From: Leptolinea sp.
Lineage (GTDB): Bacteria; Chloroflexota; Anaerolineae; Anaerolineales; Anaerolineaceae
Reading direction: 5' to 3'
Assembly (NCBI GenBank): GCA_022837205.1
Contig: JALHEL010000001.1
Location: 1 to 36,790 of the forward strand
DNA: 36,790 nucleotides
Shown: piece after piece, positions 36,740-36,790 of the stretch
How positions within the stretch are numbered: the stretch's first letter is position 1
Layout: every line of letters begins with the position of its first letter
Made by a program: the position numbers and the translations under genes
Notes under the pieces: generated by a model
The model's database searches: none
The model's input: the letters and a program-made list of their open reading frames with translations, nothing else
Told to the model about the DNA's origin: nothing

Positions 36740-36790
36740 TTATTTCTTGGGGGTAAATCGATCTAAGCTTGCGGCAAATTGTTCGATTGT
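36740..36790 (-). CDS. 3' end of an upstream gene (TIEQFAASLDRFTPKK*), possibly mreB by position
   Basis: Open frame from the window edge to TAA at 36740. Identity is inferred only from the usual mreBCD order. Confidence 0.35.
   Translation of the reverse strand, partial: TIEQFAASLDRFTPKK

Overview
A low-GC (roughly 40% by eye) bacterial chromosomal segment, mostly housekeeping and energy metabolism. The style of RpoD, AlaS, GltX, the mre/PBP2 genes and the PT-linker lipoprotein suggests an anaerobic Chloroflexota (Anaerolineaceae-like) organism; this is an impression, not a search result. In order: a P1/S58 peptidase broken by a 31-bp tandem duplication, degV, rpoD, a TPR protein, ndk, a divergent dut, an ask-asd-hom operon, a PAP2 phosphatase, an 11-gene group 4 [NiFe]-hydrogenase operon, an FGE-domain secreted protein, a garR-like dehydrogenase, a second degV, alaS, thpR, rsfS, an Rrf2 regulator, and a long minus-strand run (mreC, mreD, mrdA, broken rodA, gltX, Fe-ADH, pteridine-reductase-like SDR, membrane protein, degenerate deacetylase lipoprotein). 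No RNA genes, CRISPR arrays, transposases or phage genes were seen. Best discoveries: (1) an unannotated Thr-rich leader peptide (5433-5510) with a complete set of alternative attenuator hairpins upstream of ask-asd-hom; (2) a membrane-bound hydrogenase whose membrane arm lies between archaeal Mbh and complex I, with unusual charged-residue swaps; (3) a probable CUG start codon for rsfS; (4) two local lesions (peptidase duplication, rodA deletion/frameshift) that may be real or assembly errors.
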